From Nemertoderma westbladi (taxonomy: Eukaryota; Animalia; Xenacoelomorpha), in the NCBI GenBank assembly GCA_032718475.1, contig JAUCBJ010002329.1, positions 1-49,637 on the forward strand: 49,637 nt of DNA, given 5' to 3'. The position numbers were made by a program, and so were the translations under genes. The notes beneath the pieces are model-generated. The model was not told where the DNA came from. It did no database searches and worked only from the letters and a program-made list of their open reading frames with translations. This document shows, one piece after another, positions 46,910 through 49,637 of this stretch. Position 1 is the stretch's first letter, and the number at the start of each line of letters is the position of its first letter.

Positions 46910-47490
46910 TTGTTCAGATAATTGTAGGCTGAGCTGCTGTCTGACTGTGGTTGGGTTTGGAGAGATTACGGCGTGTGTAGAGTTTGTCTGATAAAGTGCC
47001 GTTAGTAAGTTGGGGCAGTCATAACTGTAAGGTCAATCCCCTCTTAAAGAGTAAGTCGTACTACCGTGTTAGCACGCATACTAACTAACAGTTTCAGAGT
47101 CTGCATATACTGTAGTTTATTTAGGCTTGATCGTAGTCTGCCAGTGTTTTGGCCTGTGTTTGTTTGTGTGGTCTGTTCAGGTACCGTAATAGTTATTACT
47201 CAAATATTTGTAGGCTGGATTGTTGTCTAGCTATTTTTAGGTCTGAAGGGATTGCTGCGTGTGTAGAGTTGGTCTGATCAAGTGCCGTTAGTGAGTTGGG
47301 GCAGTCAACACTGTAAGGTCAATCCCCTCTTAAAGAGTAAGTCGTACTACCGTGTTAGCACGCATACTAACTAACAGTTTCAGAATCTGCACATACAGTA
47401 GTTTGTTTAGGCTTGATAGTAGTCTGCCAGCGTTTGGTTTGTATTTGTTTGAGTATTCTGTACGGGTAGCGTAATATTTATTATTCAGAG
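46910..47490 (+). repeat. ~286-bp tandem duplication
   Basis: GCGTGTGTAGAGTT..CTGTAAGGTCAATCCCCTCTTAAAGAGTAAG.. at ~46971 and ~47257. Confidence 0.85.
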
Positions 47491-48793
47491 TTTATGCGAT
47501 TATTCGCAACATTCATGTCCCCAAGTTTATTCCTACAGTAATTGTGCTTGTTATACATACCGTTATAGTTAAACTAACCCCGGTACTACATCAGGGCTGC
47601 TTGGCGTAGGTAAAGACTGACGACTTTGTGCTTCGGTCACTCCAGCAGATGCCGTGGTTCTTTTAACTGTTCAAGTATATTTAACTACTGATTATTTGTT
47701 ATACCGGTACTTGTACCTAATTTAGGGTTTAGAGTACAGTGCCTTCCGAAGTAATTAGTGTAGGCAGTATATTTGTGTTGTAAAGTGGTTGATAGGCACA
47801 TTCGTTAGCTCTATTAGCTTCTGGGTAGGAACAATCCGTGATACATAACGTAGTACCTATAGCGATACGGTTATAGGTCGTCAGGCGGTGGTATTTTCCT
47901 ATCTGGACAGTACAATATATTTACTACTACTTATTATTTAAATACCGTAGTACCCTGTCCTTTGTAATAGCCAGAAATCTAACCCTTTGTTGGACTGGTT
48001 TGTAGACTTCCTGTAAAATTACCCTAAAAATTCGTACGTCATATTTTGTTGTGTTTAATTAGAGAATTAATCTCACCCGTATCGTAAGTAATTTGTAGTA
48101 TTAAGTAACTTAGGTAAATTAGAATTATCAGTTTTAGTGTCAAATAAATAGCACTTCACTTAGAGGCGTTCAGCTTCTGTGTAGTGACTCCCCAGAAATA
48201 ATAACATTTATTTCAAATATTGACAAAAACCCATTTAAACGGGTATATAAATATTATAAATCAAATCAAACGATTTATAAATAGTAGGCCTGCCATACAA
48301 AACTAGGTCTCACTATCAGTTGGACTACTGCTTAAATAACGGTAACAAAGTAAGTTAAAGTAACCAAGTAGCCCTAAAATATTCAGAAATTCAATTATTC
48401 TAAAAATAATTGACATACCGGTACTTACCATAGGCTTATTATATTTATTTCTATAAATTTGAGCTGAAATCATACCGGTACTCTGTAATTAATTCTAGTC
48501 CAGAATTATACTTATATACTATAAGTGTAAGCTGTATACCGGTATTCATTATAGGCCTACTATATATATATATATATTTGTGCTAAAATTATATACCGGT
48601 ACTCTGTGACACACCTAGTCTATAATAACACTTATATATTATAAGCATACCGGTATTCTAATATATTGTGTATATATCACGTTACACTGGGTAACGGTAC
48701 CGGTAATAAATCGCTAGGCTTGCGGTCATACTGAATTACTAGACTTGCTTTAACTGAAACTATAGTAGTAGACATTCAACTGTATAACTAAAC

Positions 48794-49637
48794 ATGTCTG
48801 ACACTCAGCAAAACCTGTCGGACAGTCTGATCGATACAACTATCTGTGATTCAGATAGGAGTGTGGAGCGAATAAGAGAGGAGTTCGGCTCACCTCATAC
48901 TGTAAAAAAGGTCATCCCTCCAGTAGTATCAGACCCTAGGCTCGTCCACCATAGGTCCATCATAGGCACTCGGGCACAGGTAAAACGGGACCAAGAGGCA
49001 GTTGTCTTATCGCAGCAACATCTTGGTCAAGAACCTACTTCCCCGCGACCTGATAGCTCCAGCAGTTCGGATACTGTAGAGCTGACTCCCGAACATGGAG
49101 TGCAGATGGCTGATACAGTCTACTCGGACCCCCTTCTTACTCTTCCTGCTGCAGTGCTGACTACTATACTCATTGCGGTGGAAGAACATCAAGCCGACTG
49201 GGCGAAGAATAAGCAAGCGACCCAAGATAATTACGCGGGATACGCCAGGGAAGAATTGAGATCTATTGTTGAATCACAATGGAACTTTCCCGGACTCGGA
49301 CTTCCGTTTGATATGTCCGAGGCTACTTGGGAAGATATACACAGGATGGGAGTGGCAAAAGATACAATGGATCCAGCTGTTTGGAAGAGGTCGGCAGCAG
49401 GATATGTGCAGGGATTCTTCGGATCCTTGGAGCGATTGGAGGAACAACTGTTTCGACAACCTCACGGACCTCAAGAGCAGGAAGAACTGCTATATCAAAT
49501 ACGCGAAAGAACCCTACGCATTCGACTAATCCTCTCAGCCTTTGAGGAAACTTCCAAAAGAAGACAGGACACGTCGCTGCAGGTTGCTGTCAAAACTTGG
49601 CTACATCGAGTAGATCTCAAAGTACAGGAAACAGCCC
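48794..49637 (+). CDS. Open reading frame running off the window (at least 281 codons, MSDTQQNLSDSLIDTT...); unknown protein, possibly retroelement Gag/ORF1
   Basis: Translated by hand from aacATGTCT at 48794 to the window end with no stop; GC content rises sharply at the ATG. It is absent from the ORF track because it has no stop codon. No diagnostic motif is visible. Confidence 0.7.
   Translation, partial: MSDTQQNLSDSLIDTTICDSDRSVERIREEFGSPHTVKKVIPPVVSDPRLVHHRSIIGTRAQVKRDQEAVVLSQQHLGQEPTSPRPDSSSSSDTVELTPEHGVQMADTVYSDPLLTLPAAVLTTILIAVEEHQADWAKNKQATQDNYAGYAREELRSIVESQWNFPGLGLPFDMSEATWEDIHRMGVAKDTMDPAVWKRSAAGYVQGFFGSLERLEEQLFRQPHGPQEQEELLYQIRERTLRIRLILSAFEETSKRRQDTSLQVAVKTWLHRVDLKVQETA

Overview
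Repeat-dense eukaryotic DNA, most likely an invertebrate animal, made largely of nested transposable elements and satellites. There is one recognisable host gene: an intron-free ATF4/ATF5-type bZIP ORF on the minus strand (10167-11282), preceded by an ATF4-style short uORF and an overlapping uORF. Mobile DNA from left to right: a head-to-tail Helentron/HINE-like array (1-2262); a foldback element with 10-bp-repeat arms (2592-6150); two 1.5-kb elements with 8-bp TSDs (11660-13224, 30781-32261); a MULE-like MITE; a 3'-truncated BEL/Pao gag-pol (13562-19993); a 5.1-kb palindromic element (19994-25070); two unrelated LINEs inside one 28-bp satellite, one split by a probable solo LTR; a Tc1-like MITE in a LINE fragment; 19-bp and 35-bp satellites; and an unlisted ORF running off the right edge (48794-end). 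The most unusual object is the 5.1-kb element. It has Polinton/Maverick-like AGTAGT...ACTACT ends and ~1.96-kb TIRs, each carrying a tRNA-like Pol III unit, a hexamer array and an inward TATA box, around a single zinc-finger/acidic ORF. All family assignments come from motif recognition by eye, with no database searches.
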